Shown here: piece by piece, positions 18,026 through 27,804 of the stretch
Layout of the letters: each line of letters opens with the position of its first letter
How positions within the stretch are numbered: position 1 is the stretch's first letter
From: an uncultured Methanomassiliicoccales archaeon
GTDB lineage: Archaea; Thermoplasmatota; Thermoplasmata; SG8-5
Length of the DNA stretch: 64,000 bases
Direction of reading: 5' to 3'
Assembly (NCBI GenBank): GCA_938004075.1
Contig: CALKWP010000013.1
Location: 11,734-75,733 of the forward strand
Made by a program: the position numbers and the translations under genes
Notes under the pieces: model-generated
Databases searched by the model: none
What the model was told of the DNA's origin: nothing
The model's input: the letters and a program-made list of their open reading frames with translations, nothing else

Positions 18026-19470
18026 TGATGGTGATGCTCCTGATGCGCTTCCCCGCGCTCGTGCATCTGCAGGTGCTCGTACTGGGCAACTGGCATCAAC
18101 CGCTGGCAGGCCCTGTCCACGACCTCCGGGAGAGCAGGATGGATGTGTATCGCGTCATTGAGCGGGAGTATGCTCCCGGTCTTGGTGTACATCAGGTTGA
18201 TGATTTCCTGGATGAGGATTGATGCCTCCGGGCCGACAATGTGTGCGCCAAGAATTTTCCGGGTCTTCGCTTCCACGATGACCTTGACGAACCCTTCGGC
18301 ATCCATGGCCATGCCCTTTGCGGTGTCCTGGTACTTGTGGAATCCGATGAGTATGTCCGCCTCTCCCAGCGCCTTCACTGCCTGGGCCTGGGTCATGCCG
18401 ACGCCCGCGACTTCCGGGTAAGTGAAAACGGCATGCGGGACTGCATGATAATCCGCATCCATCGGTCGCTTCAGGATTGCGTTGTAATAGACAATCATGG
18501 ACTCATAATTGGCAACATGCTTGAACAGGTGCTTTCCGGTAGCATCGCCGAACGCGTATATTCCCGGCTGGGATGTCTCCATCCTGCCGTTGACTTTGAT
18601 CCAGCCTTTCTCATCAGTTTCGATCCCCGCTTTTTCGGGGTGCAGGATGTCGGTGTTGGGGGCGCGGCCCGTGGCCACCAGGACTTCATCGGCCTGAATT
18701 GAGACGGTCTTGCCGGACTTCCTGTCCTTCGCAATGAGCGTCTTCTTGCCCAGCATGGTCTGCTGGGCTTCTATTATCTCGTGGTTGGTGAGTATCTTCA
18801 TGTGTTTGGACATGGCTTTCAGGACGAAAGACGATACCTCCGGTTCCTCGTTCGGAAGGAATTGCGGGTTTCTGCCGATGATGGTGACCCTGGAGCCCAT
18901 TGCCGAGAAGAAGTGCCCATACTCCGCGGCAACGTAACCGCCGCCCATTATGGCGAGCGATTCAGGAAGTTTGTTAATCTCCAGAATGGTGTCGCTGATG
19001 TGGTACTTGATTTTCTCCAGGCCTGGGACCTTTGGGATGGCCACCTCGGAGCCGAGGCACAGGAAAATCATCTTGGAAGTAATCTCCTCCTTGCCCACTT
19101 TCAGGGTGTAGGGGCCGGTGAATTCCGCTGCAAAGGGATAATAATCGATGCCGGGAGAGTGGCTCAGTCCGTCACGGATTCCCTCTATCTGCGGTTTGAT
19201 GTACTCCCTCATTCTGCCCATTACCTTCTGGAAATCTATCTTCTTTATTGGCGCGTCAATGCCGAACTTCTCGGCATGCTGGATGAGCCGCACAAGTTCC
19301 GCAGGATAAACCAGCATCTTGGTCGGGATGCAGCCCCTGGTGAGGCAAATTCCGCCGGGGTCGTCCTTGTCTATGACTGCGGCCCTCAGTTTGGGATTCT
19401 TGTTCTGCATTGCCGGGATAAGGTTCATACTGGAACCGCTGCCTATCGCTATAACATCATACTGTTTCAT
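18022..19470 (-). CDS. Class I pyridine nucleotide-disulfide oxidoreductase (dihydrolipoamide dehydrogenase / mercuric-reductase-like fold) with His-rich C-terminus
   Basis: YDVIAIGSGS (FAD GxGxxG), redox-active GGICLTRGCIPTK disulfide, C-terminal HIHPALPE dimer-interface motif. Ends ...HERGEAHQEHHHH. Start at ATG 19470 (MKQYDV...). Confidence 0.75.
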   Translation of the reverse strand: MKQYDVIAIGSGSSMNLIPAMQNKNPKLRAAVIDKDDPGGICLTRGCIPTKMLVYPAELVRLIQHAEKFGIDAPIKKIDFQKVMGRMREYIKPQIEGIRDGLSHSPGIDYYPFAAEFTGPYTLKVGKEEITSKMIFLCLGSEVAIPKVPGLEKIKYHISDTILEINKLPESLAIMGGGYVAAEYGHFFSAMGSRVTIIGRNPQFLPNEEPEVSSFVLKAMSKHMKILTNHEIIEAQQTMLGKKTLIAKDRKSGKTVSIQADEVLVATGRAPNTDILHPEKAGIETDEKGWIKVNGRMETSQPGIYAFGDATGKHLFKHVANYESMIVYYNAILKRPMDADYHAVPHAVFTYPEVAGVGMTQAQAVKALGEADILIGFHKYQDTAKGMAMDAEGFVKVIVEAKTRKILGAHIVGPEASILIQEIINLMYTKTGSILPLNDAIHIHPALPEVVDRACQRLMPVAQYEHLQMHERGEAHQEHHHH

Positions 19471-19522
19471 GCTTCCACCGCATGAGGAAGCGGCGTTCCG
19501 GTTAAAATGGTTGTGCCGATTT

Positions 19523-20248
19523 TTACTCGGTTGCCTTGGGCTCTGCTGTCTTTTTGCCGCCCGGTTCTTCCTCAACGACCGGAATCTCTTCCTCTTCCAT
19601 AAGCCTCAGGTATTCCGGCGGGACCGCTTCCACAACGAAGACGGTGTTCCCGGCCTTCTTTATGACCATTCCGGCCTCCACCATTGCTTTGGTGTTGACT
19701 TCGAATATCATTGGCTCGGGGTCGCGGACCTTTCCGGCGATGATGGCGGACTCGATGGTCCTGCTGAGGTGGACTAGCTTTCTGTCTGATGGCATTAAAC
19801 CGGTTTCAACCAGCACGTCCTTCTCTTCCTTGGTCGTCGGGTAGTAGAGGAAGTCAGGCGTCCCGCGGGTCGGGAGGTCCAGCTCGACGTCAACAGAGTG
19901 AGCGTAAGTCGCCCGAATCATGCCGTCCCTGAACTGGTACCGGCCCTTGGGGTCGGTGTCGATTATGGCCAGTATGTGGTGGGGCTTGAGCCATCTGAAG
20001 CGCCTCTGCTTCTTCCTGACCTCGTTGATGAACTCCTCGAGGTCCACCCAGCCGTGCTTGTCCATCTTCAAACCGTATCTTTCCGGGAAGTGGCGGAGCA
20101 CGCCGGCCATGGTTCTGCCGAGTTTGTCCAGTTCTTCTTCGTTCATGAGGAAGCGCCCCTGCTCGCCGCAAATCGGGCATTCCTCTTCTCTGAAGTATCC
20201 GTGTGTTCTGCATTCTTTTAGCATCGTGAATTCCCCTAGGGAGAACAC
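19523..20248 (-). CDS. kptA: RNA 2'-phosphotransferase KptA/Tpt1 with N-terminal CxxH...CPxC extension
   Basis: ...LGRTMAGVLRHFPERYGLKMDKHGWVDLEEFINEV... KptA core. First ~30 aa carry C-R-T-H...C-P-I-C knuckles. Confidence 0.65.
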   Translation of the reverse strand: MFSLGEFTMLKECRTHGYFREEECPICGEQGRFLMNEEELDKLGRTMAGVLRHFPERYGLKMDKHGWVDLEEFINEVRKKQRRFRWLKPHHILAIIDTDPKGRYQFRDGMIRATYAHSVDVELDLPTRGTPDFLYYPTTKEEKDVLVETGLMPSDRKLVHLSRTIESAIIAGKVRDPEPMIFEVNTKAMVEAGMVIKKAGNTVFVVEAVPPEYLRLMEEEEIPVVEEEPGGKKTAEPKATE

Positions 20249-20290
20249 CCTATTACAAGCTGAGGTATTATAATTTTGCCTTGATTGTCA

Positions 20291-21127
20291 TCAGATTCTG
20301 GGTTCCAGGTCAGCCGATTTCACAACCTTGATTCCTCTATCGGCCAGCATCTCCAGCAGTTCCCCTTTCCGGGGCTGCTTCACGGCCTTTTTATGGAAGT
20401 ACGCGACAGTCGCGCCCGGCGTCTTTTCGAGCATATTGTCCAGCATCGCAGCATCGACGTGCTCCATAGCATGATCTGGCGCCATGTGGCCCATGGAAAT
20501 CCTCATCCTCTGCACGACATCGGTATGCCTGGGGGCATAATGGCCGCCCCCGAATCCGATGCCGATGGCGTCATTATCGGTGATGGTTTCCTTATCCAAC
20601 TCAAGGATGACGCGGGCAATCGCCCTGGCGGGCTCCGGCTCCGGCCAGGCATCCGGGCCGCTCCCTATCTCGATGAACAGCGTGGGCGTCTCCAGGTACG
20701 GGCCGTGGTGCGTTGTTTCAAAAGATATGCCGAACCCAAGGCCGGCGCCGTACCTTCTTAGGAGCAGCAGGGCATTAGTCATGAGCCTTGGGTCCGTGGG
20801 CACCAGCATTCCCGGCTGACCGCCGTAGTCCGCGGAGCCGTAATTCCCGAGGGCATGAACCGTCAGGGTGCGCAGCCCGGATTCGGATTTGTGCCTGGAG
20901 GCGAATATCAGGCAATCGTATCTTTTCCCGGTCTCACGCTCGATGTCCCTGTCCAGATATTCCCTGTGGAGGTGGATGTCATTAATCAGAATCATATCGT
21001 GATTGCCATGCTTGAGAATCGGCGAGGCTTCGAACTCGCCGCTCTCCTTCCAGTCAGCCATGCCCAGCAATTTGCCTCGGATGTTCATGCTGGCCACGTC
21101 CTCGGCGGAGGTGATGATGAGATGCAT
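20291..21127 (-). CDS. dtdA: D-aminoacyl-tRNA deacylase, archaeal type (DtdA)
   Basis: 278 aa, MHLIITSAEDVASMNIRGKLL... N-terminus and size match archaeal DtdA (PF04414-like). Confidence 0.6.
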   Translation of the reverse strand: MHLIITSAEDVASMNIRGKLLGMADWKESGEFEASPILKHGNHDMILINDIHLHREYLDRDIERETGKRYDCLIFASRHKSESGLRTLTVHALGNYGSADYGGQPGMLVPTDPRLMTNALLLLRRYGAGLGFGISFETTHHGPYLETPTLFIEIGSGPDAWPEPEPARAIARVILELDKETITDNDAIGIGFGGGHYAPRHTDVVQRMRISMGHMAPDHAMEHVDAAMLDNMLEKTPGATVAYFHKKAVKQPRKGELLEMLADRGIKVVKSADLEPRI

Positions 21128-21210
21128 GATTGTCAGAAAAGGCGGGATGCGATTTAACCGTTATGGAGAAATGATTAATACGGAGATGATGATACCACAA
21201 AACAGGTTAA

Positions 21211-21372
21211 CATGGATAGGCCGAAGAAGGTCCTCACCTGCCCCCAGTGCGGGAGCGCATCACTCTATTACGAGGCGGGGCTGGTCACCGGATACAAGTA
21301 CCATTGCAAGGACTGTGATTATGTGGGAGCGTTCGTCATAGAGAAGGACGTTCCAGCGGAAAAGAAAAAGTG
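21211..21372 (+). CDS. Small (53 aa) zinc-ribbon protein, not in ORF track
   Basis: Hand translation: MDRPKKVLTCPQCGSASLYYEAGLVTGYKYHCKDCDYVGAFVIEKDVPAEKKK*. CPxC...CxxC ribbon. Below the 60-aa track cutoff. Confidence 0.45.
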
Positions 21373-21438
21373 ATCGCTTGATGATGGGATGTCACACACC
21401 GCAGTGGCAAACATTTATGTAATCTTGTTATTATCTGA

Positions 21439-21858
21439 TTGACAATGACAGAATCCAAGAGGCTGAACCTCATCTTGGGCGCGGTCGCGATTACAATATT
21501 GCTTTTCTCATTCAGCGTGTACGCCTATACCCTGATGCCAAAGGGAGATTCCGAGATACTGGTTGTCAACGGCATGGAATATGATTGGGACGCAATATTC
21601 TCCGATTTCGAAGTCACAGGGTTCGAGGCCAACGGCCTGCAGTACGAGGGGATACGCCTTGTGGACCTCATTCTCGATGCTGACATCGAGAACCCGGAAA
21701 GCCACAGTTACAGGTTCAACGCCCTTGACGGCTATCAGAAAGATGTAACATGGAATGACATTCAGAACGGTTACCTGACATTGGAGCACAGGAGCGTGTT
21801 TCCCAACATGACTCAGAGCTTCTGGGTCAGGGACCTTGCGTCGATAGAGGTGATTTAG
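21439..21858 (+). CDS. Hypothetical membrane-anchored protein (N-terminal TM, ~110-aa exported domain)
   Basis: 139 aa; hydrophobic segment LNLILGAVAITILLFSFSVYAY then soluble domain. Stop abuts start of next gene. No confident homology. Confidence 0.45.
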   Translation: MTMTESKRLNLILGAVAITILLFSFSVYAYTLMPKGDSEILVVNGMEYDWDAIFSDFEVTGFEANGLQYEGIRLVDLILDADIENPESHSYRFNALDGYQKDVTWNDIQNGYLTLEHRSVFPNMTQSFWVRDLASIEVI

Positions 21859-22521
21859 ATGGAAAAGATGGACAAGTACAGAGTTTTGGCAGGAATCGTT
21901 TTATTCGGTTCCCTCTGGGGAATGACAGAATGTTTGCTCGGAGAGTTCACACCTTCGGGATTCCCGGCGGGCGCGTTTTTGGGCGGATTCATCGGTCTCG
22001 GCCTGATGATATTGACCAGGAGGCTTTACGGCTTCATGTGGATGCAGCTCGGCATGGCTATCGTCGCAGGGGCGCTCAGGTTCTGGGCTCCGGTCGGGAC
22101 ATGCGTCATCTGCTCCGCACTGGCAATAATGGCTGAAGGCCTGGTCTTCGAGCTCATATTCAACCGCCCGGTCTTTGACATCAACCGCTCGCAAAACATG
22201 AAGAGCGCCAAGACCCTGGCTCTGGTGGGCGTCATTGCCGGTTTCACCATCTACGTCACCGGTTACATGTTCACCCAGATTTTCACTCCCATACTGACGA
22301 CCGGAGCATTCAGCGTCTCCAACTTCCTGAACGTTCTGCCCATAATAATCGGCAGAGGTTTCTTCGCCGCCGTCTTCGGCGGAATATCCGTCCCACTGGC
22401 AGTGCTGGCAAAGCAGCTCTATGTCAATGTGACGTCAATCAGGAAGGAGCATTACTACGCAGCCGCAGCTGGCATATCCACGTTCTGCTGGGCGCTGGTT
22501 TTCGCATTCTTCTATATCTGA
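21859..22521 (+). CDS. Hypothetical integral membrane protein (about 6 TM)
   Basis: 220 aa, highly hydrophobic with Gly-rich helices. Co-oriented and contiguous with upstream and downstream genes. Confidence 0.5.
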   Translation: MEKMDKYRVLAGIVLFGSLWGMTECLLGEFTPSGFPAGAFLGGFIGLGLMILTRRLYGFMWMQLGMAIVAGALRFWAPVGTCVICSALAIMAEGLVFELIFNRPVFDINRSQNMKSAKTLALVGVIAGFTIYVTGYMFTQIFTPILTTGAFSVSNFLNVLPIIIGRGFFAAVFGGISVPLAVLAKQLYVNVTSIRKEHYYAAAAGISTFCWALVFAFFYI

Positions 22522-22530
22522 GGTGATGTA

Positions 22531-22980
22531 ATGTCAAAAGCAAAGATAATTGTGTTCCACCCGGAGAAGTGCAAGGAATGCAGAAAGTGCGAGGCGGCAT
22601 GCTCCAATGTCCACCACAAGAACGACAAAGGCGGGGAATGGTCAGCCATCCGCATTATCAAGACCGACTCGGGATTCAAAATGACAGACTGCAACATGTG
22701 CGGGCTGTGCATAGACATGTGCCCGGTCCAGGCCATCAGGCGCATGACCAACGGAACTGTTGTTATTGACAAAAAGAAGTGCGTCGGCTGCCAGGCCTGC
22801 GTCGGGTTCTGCCCTAGGGGTGTCATGAGGAAAGCGCCTGAAGTCATCGTGCCATTCAAGTGCATAGCCTGCGGTGCATGCGTTCGCGCTTGCCCTGAAG
22901 GCGCTCTGGAACTGAAGGAAGTTGACCTCGACGATATTAAAGAGGAAGTATACGCGAAACACGGGAGGGTGTGCAAATGA
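22531..22980 (+). CDS. Polyferredoxin with four [4Fe-4S] cluster motifs (AOR electron-transfer partner)
   Basis: 149 aa with four CxxCxxCxxxC(P) motifs (CKECRKCEAAC, CNMCGLCIDMCP, CVGCQACVGFCP, CIACGACVRACP). Stop overlaps AOR start. Confidence 0.85.
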   Translation: MSKAKIIVFHPEKCKECRKCEAACSNVHHKNDKGGEWSAIRIIKTDSGFKMTDCNMCGLCIDMCPVQAIRRMTNGTVVIDKKKCVGCQACVGFCPRGVMRKAPEVIVPFKCIACGACVRACPEGALELKEVDLDDIKEEVYAKHGRVCK

Positions 22981-25337
22981 AAGGACCGGAGAAAACCGTG
23001 GATTGTGAATTCAAACCGATAACGTTGAAGACTGAAACCGGATTCGAGACAGGAAATACCGTTCACAAATGGGACCTGGAGAAATTCAGGAAAGGCCACA
23101 AGGTGCTTGCTGAATACAAATATGAGAAGCGCCCGGTAGTGCGGGGCTATGCTGGCCGCACGCTGTATGTCAACCTGACCACCAACGAGATCAAGGAGAA
23201 GCCGGTGGATGATGAGATGAAGAGGATGTTCACGGGCGGCAAGGGGTTCGACCTCAAGCTGCTTCGCGACGCCATAAAGCCGACCACGCGCTGGAACAGC
23301 GAGGAAAACGAGTTGGTGATGGCGGCCGGGCCGCTCTGCGGAACCACCCAGTACTCCGGAATGGGCAAGTGTCTTGCCGTGACGATATCCCCGCTCACCG
23401 ACATGCCCTGCGACTCCAATGCGGGCGGTTATTTTGCCCCATACATGAAATTCTCCGGCTTCGATGCCATCGAGATACAGGGGAAGGCAAAGAAGGACGT
23501 GGCCATAGTAATTGATGGCAAAGAGGGGAAGGTGACCATCGAGACTGCGCCTCACGAAGACGTCAACGCCCACCTGGTGGCAGAGCAGATGACATACCTT
23601 TACGCGGCGGAGGACACTGAAGCCGCAAGGCAGAAAGTGGCCGTGGTTTCGGCGGGAAAAGGCGCTGAGACATCATTCTGGGGGATTCTGAATATCTCGT
23701 TCTACGACCCGCGCAGGAAAGTGGCCAGGCTGAAGCAGCATGGCCGCGGCGGCCTGGGAACGGTTTTCCGGGACAAGAAGCTGAAAGCTCTTGTCGCCAG
23801 GGTGGATCATTTCGACGGGCTTTCCAACAACCCGGCGAATCCCGACAAGGTTGCCGCGACAGGCCTGAAGCACCACAGGGAGATGAGGGACCTGGACAGG
23901 GACCAGTGCAACATGCGCGTTGTCGGAACTGGCAACATCGTGGAGGTTATGGACGCATACGACCTTCTGCCGACCGAGAACTACCGGTTCGGCTCCCATC
24001 CCAAAGCATTCAACCTGCACTCGCCCCAATTCTACAGGAGATTCACACAGGTCATTCCCGATGGATGCTGGTTCGGCTGCACGATGGCTTGCGCCAAAGT
24101 GGTCGACGGCTTCAAGGTCATGACCGGGCCCTACAAGGGAATGAGGTTTTCCGTTGATGGACCTGAGTATGAGAATGCTGCCGCATGCGCCAACATGGGC
24201 CTCTGGGACCCTGACTGGGTCATAGAGTGGAACTTCTACTGCGACTGCTATGGCCTGGATACCATCTCATTCGGCACCGGCACGGCCTACTATATGGAGA
24301 TGTATGAATACGGCATACTCAACAAGGAACGCTGCGGCGGCCTGGAGCTCCAATGGGGCAACGCTGAAGCGGTGATGGAATTCATGCACCGCATCGCCAA
24401 GGGCGACAAACATGATTTCATTCAAGTCGCATCCAAGGGCATCCGGAAAACCAAGGACTGGCTCATCGAGAAGGGATGGGGCGATCCATACATCATCGAG
24501 AACTGCGGAATGGAACAGAAGGGGCTGGAGGTCTCTGAATACGTGTGCAAGGAATCGCTTGCCCAGCAGGGCGGGTACGGCCTCACCAACAAGGGCCCGC
24601 AGCATGATGAAGCATGGCTCATATTCATGGACATGGTGAACAAGCAGCTGCCGACATTCGCGGCAAAAGCCGAGGCGCTTCACTACTTCCCGATATGGAG
24701 GACCTGGTTTGGCCTTGTAGGCCTTTGCAAGCTCCCGTGGAATGATGTCACCCCACCCAGCAATGCAACCTCAAAGGAGCCGGCGAAGATTCCCGAACAC
24801 GTTCAGAACTACGCGGACATAATGAGCGCCACCCTGGGCAGGGACATCAAGCCCCAGGATCTGATCGACATGTCCGAGAAAGTGTACAACTTCCAGCGCG
24901 CCATGAACGTCTGGATGGGCCGCGGAACAAGGAAGGAGGACAAGCTTCCATTCAGAGCCATGGGCCCGGTGACGGAGATGGAGTACCTGTCAAGGAAGGA
25001 CAGGTACGACAAGCAGCTCGTTGCCGACATCGGACTGGCCGCTGACAAAGTCGCAAAGATGACAACTTTGCAGAAGCTGGACACTCTCAAGGAATACCGC
25101 CTGGACCAATACCAGAAATTATCCGACGCTGTCTACATGAGGCGCGGCTGGACGCAGAACGGCATACCCACACCGCAGAAGATGAAGGCGCTGGGATTCA
25201 CCGAGGACTGCCTGCTTGATTTCCTGCAGAAGAAGATTGATGCTGACGAGAAGGCCGGACTCAACGTCTGGGGGGGGAAGTACGCCGGCAGCGAGAAGCC
25301 GCCAAGCCCTGACAGAAAGTACTGGGAAAAGTGGTAG
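22977..25337 (+). CDS. Tungsten-type aldehyde:ferredoxin oxidoreductase family protein (unusually long, ~786 aa)
   Basis: N-terminal RGYAGRTLYVNLTTNEIKEKPV...FTGGKGF (AOR domain 1) and DCYGLDTISFGTG pterin-binding motif. 150-180 aa longer than canonical AOR/FOR/GAPOR. Start 22977 overlaps ferredoxin stop (ATGA); 22971 alternative. Confidence 0.8.
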   Translation: MKGPEKTVDCEFKPITLKTETGFETGNTVHKWDLEKFRKGHKVLAEYKYEKRPVVRGYAGRTLYVNLTTNEIKEKPVDDEMKRMFTGGKGFDLKLLRDAIKPTTRWNSEENELVMAAGPLCGTTQYSGMGKCLAVTISPLTDMPCDSNAGGYFAPYMKFSGFDAIEIQGKAKKDVAIVIDGKEGKVTIETAPHEDVNAHLVAEQMTYLYAAEDTEAARQKVAVVSAGKGAETSFWGILNISFYDPRRKVARLKQHGRGGLGTVFRDKKLKALVARVDHFDGLSNNPANPDKVAATGLKHHREMRDLDRDQCNMRVVGTGNIVEVMDAYDLLPTENYRFGSHPKAFNLHSPQFYRRFTQVIPDGCWFGCTMACAKVVDGFKVMTGPYKGMRFSVDGPEYENAAACANMGLWDPDWVIEWNFYCDCYGLDTISFGTGTAYYMEMYEYGILNKERCGGLELQWGNAEAVMEFMHRIAKGDKHDFIQVASKGIRKTKDWLIEKGWGDPYIIENCGMEQKGLEVSEYVCKESLAQQGGYGLTNKGPQHDEAWLIFMDMVNKQLPTFAAKAEALHYFPIWRTWFGLVGLCKLPWNDVTPPSNATSKEPAKIPEHVQNYADIMSATLGRDIKPQDLIDMSEKVYNFQRAMNVWMGRGTRKEDKLPFRAMGPVTEMEYLSRKDRYDKQLVADIGLAADKVAKMTTLQKLDTLKEYRLDQYQKLSDAVYMRRGWTQNGIPTPQKMKALGFTEDCLLDFLQKKIDADEKAGLNVWGGKYAGSEKPPSPDRKYWEKW

Positions 25338-25340
25338 GCC

Positions 25341-25685
25341 ATGGACAAAATAATCGGCTTCTGCGGCCTTATCTGCACCGACTGCCCGGCTTATCTGGCC
25401 ACTGTCAACAATGACGATGAATTGCGGAAGAAAACTGCCGCAAAATGGTCGGAGATGTACAAGGCCGAGATTAAGCCGGAAGGTATCGCCTGCAACGGCT
25501 GCACCACCCCAGGGACGAAATTCCACCACTGCACCGAGTGCGAGATGCGGCTGTGCGGCCTGGGCAAGGGCGTGAGGAACTGCGGGCGGTGCGCGGAGTA
25601 TCCGTGCAAGACGGTAAAGGCATTCCTAAAGTACGTGCCGGATGCGAAGGCCGTGCTGGACGCTGAGAAGCGCGCCTCGGGATAG
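25341..25685 (+). CDS. DUF3795-family cysteine-rich protein
   Basis: 114 aa; MDKIIGFCGLICTDCPAYLAT...CNGCTT...CTECEMRLC...CGRCAEYPC. Cys spacing typical of DUF3795 metal-binding proteins. Confidence 0.55.
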   Translation: MDKIIGFCGLICTDCPAYLATVNNDDELRKKTAAKWSEMYKAEIKPEGIACNGCTTPGTKFHHCTECEMRLCGLGKGVRNCGRCAEYPCKTVKAFLKYVPDAKAVLDAEKRASG

Positions 25686-25691
25686 GCACGC

Positions 25692-27299
25692 CTACATCCT
25701 GTACAGACTGAAACCCGCGTCCGGTATCGGCGCGTTCAGCGCCGCCGATATGCCCAGTGCCAGCACCAACCGTGTTGACGTCGGGTCGATGATGCCATCG
25801 TCCCAGATCCTGGCGCTCGAGTAGTACGGATTGCCTTCCTGCTCGTACTTGTCCAGGATGGGCTTCTTGAGGGAATCGACCTCTTCCTGGGTCATCTCCA
25901 CGCCTTTTCTGAACAGCTGGTCGCGCTTCACGGTTGAAAGCACATTCGCGGCCTGCTCACCGCCCATGACGGAAATTCTTGCGTTAGGCCACATCCAGAG
26001 CTGGCGCGGGCTGTAGGCGCGCCCGCACATCCCATAGTTGCCTGCGCCGAAGCTTCCGCCGATGAGGACTGTGAATTTCGGCACCTGGGCGTTTGAAACG
26101 GCGGTGACCATCTTAGCGCCGTCCTTGGCTATGCCGCCGGCCTCGTACTTGCTGCCGACCATGAAGCCGGTGATGTTCTGGATGAAGACCAGCGGTATCT
26201 TCCGCTGGCAGCACATCTCGATGAAATGGGTTCCTTTCAGCGCGCTCTCCGAGAACAGCACCCCGTTATTCGCCAGTATTCCCACAGGGTAGCCCATGAT
26301 GTGAGCGAACCCAGTCACCAGCGTTTGGCCGTAAAGTGCCTTGAATTCGTGGAACTTGCTGCCGTCCACAATCCTGGCGATGATCTCGCGGACCTCGAAT
26401 GGCTTCTTAGCGTCTTTCGAGATTATGCCGTAAATCTCTTCTATCGGATATTTCGGCTCCTCCGGCTTCCTGGTCTTGATGTGGGTCTTGGGCTGCTTGT
26501 TGAGGTTCTCCAGAATGTTGCGGCCAACATGAAGCGCCTCCTCGTCGCTGTGGGTGTAATGGTCGCTGACGCCGGATTTTCTGCAGTGAACATCGGCGCC
26601 GCCGAGGTCTTCGGCGGACACTTCCTCTCCGGTAGCGGCCTTCACCAGCGGGGGACCGCCCAGGAATATCGTGGCATTGCCCTTGACCATCACGGTCTCA
26701 TCGGACATTGCCGGGACGTAGGCTCCGCCGGCAGTGCATGAGCCCATGACCAGCGCGATCTGCGGTATCTTCATGGCAGACATCCTTGCCTGATTGTAGA
26801 ATATCCTGCCGAAATGCTCGCGGTCAGGGAAAACCTCATCCTGGAGAGGCAGGAAAGCGCCTCCCGAGTCCACCAGGTAGACACAGGGGAGGTTGTTCTC
26901 CATGGCGATCTCCTGGGCCCTGAGGTGCTTCTTCACGGTCATCGGGTAGTAAGTGCCGCCTTTCACGGTGGCGTCGTTGGCGATGAGCATGACCTCGCGG
27001 CCGTGCACCACTCCGATGCCGGTGACTATGCCTGCGCACGGGGCCTGGTTATCATACATCCCGACGCCTGCAAGGGGATTCAGTTCCAGGAATGGGGTGT
27101 CAGGATCGCAGAGCGCGTCTATCCTCTCGCGGGCAAGCATTTTCCCCCTAGATTTGTGGAGCTTGACCTGTTCCTCGCCGCCGCCCGCCTTGGCCCATTC
27201 GATCTTCTCCTTCAGGTTGGCAATCAGCTTGAGGTAATGCTCCCTGTTGTCCTTGAACTCCTGGCTGTTGATGTCAATCTTGCTCTCGATTACGTCCAT
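25692..27299 (-). CDS. Acyl-CoA carboxylase carboxyltransferase subunit (methylcrotonyl-/propionyl-CoA carboxylase beta-like)
   Basis: 535 aa; carboxyltransferase N and C domains (…[11 protein letters not shown]…, …[10 protein letters not shown]…). Start overlaps BCCP stop. Confidence 0.85.
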   Translation of the reverse strand: MDVIESKIDINSQEFKDNREHYLKLIANLKEKIEWAKAGGGEEQVKLHKSRGKMLARERIDALCDPDTPFLELNPLAGVGMYDNQAPCAGIVTGIGVVHGREVMLIANDATVKGGTYYPMTVKKHLRAQEIAMENNLPCVYLVDSGGAFLPLQDEVFPDREHFGRIFYNQARMSAMKIPQIALVMGSCTAGGAYVPAMSDETVMVKGNATIFLGGPPLVKAATGEEVSAEDLGGADVHCRKSGVSDHYTHSDEEALHVGRNILENLNKQPKTHIKTRKPEEPKYPIEEIYGIISKDAKKPFEVREIIARIVDGSKFHEFKALYGQTLVTGFAHIMGYPVGILANNGVLFSESALKGTHFIEMCCQRKIPLVFIQNITGFMVGSKYEAGGIAKDGAKMVTAVSNAQVPKFTVLIGGSFGAGNYGMCGRAYSPRQLWMWPNARISVMGGEQAANVLSTVKRDQLFRKGVEMTQEEVDSLKKPILDKYEQEGNPYYSSARIWDDGIIDPTSTRLVLALGISAALNAPIPDAGFSLYRM

Positions 27300-27300
27300 G

Positions 27301-27798
27301 CTATCCCTCCTGCTTCTCCATCTGGACCAGCAATTCGCCTATGTCCACCTGGTCGCCTACTTTGAAATTTATCTTCTCGATTTTTCCATCGTATGGCGCT
27401 TTTATCTGGTACTCCATCTTCATGGCCTCGATGGTGATTATGACCTGGCCCGCCTTGACTGCATCGTTATCGGCAGCCCCGACCGCGGTGACCTTGCCGG
27501 ATATCGGCGAGGTTATGGCCGATGGAAGCGCATCGAAGCTCTCCGGCCTGGCGCCGGCCTCCACCCTGTTGAACCTGTAAACGTCGCCGTTGATGAATAT
27601 GTGGCGCTGGTTGCCCTCGGTGGCGATATTGCATTTGGTTATCTTGCCATCAATGATCATCGTGATGAACCCAGGCTTGGACTCCTTGTACTCTACGTGG
27701 AAGTTCTTGTCACCCACATCGACCATGAATGCCTCGCCGTCGCGCGCAATCTTTATCGGATACTGCTTCCCGTGATGCTCGTAATGCAACTCCATCAT
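27301..27798 (-). CDS. Biotin carboxyl carrier protein
   Basis: 165 aa; C-terminal [17 protein letters not shown] biotinyl-lysine (AMKM) motif. Confidence 0.85.
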   Translation of the reverse strand: MMELHYEHHGKQYPIKIARDGEAFMVDVGDKNFHVEYKESKPGFITMIIDGKITKCNIATEGNQRHIFINGDVYRFNRVEAGARPESFDALPSAITSPISGKVTAVGAADNDAVKAGQVIITIEAMKMEYQIKAPYDGKIEKINFKVGDQVDIGELLVQMEKQEG

Positions 27799-27804
27799 AT
27801 CACC

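Noticed and set aside
22512-23573. 353-aa minus-strand ORF
   Set aside because: Antisense to polyferredoxin and AOR, whose homology is unambiguous.
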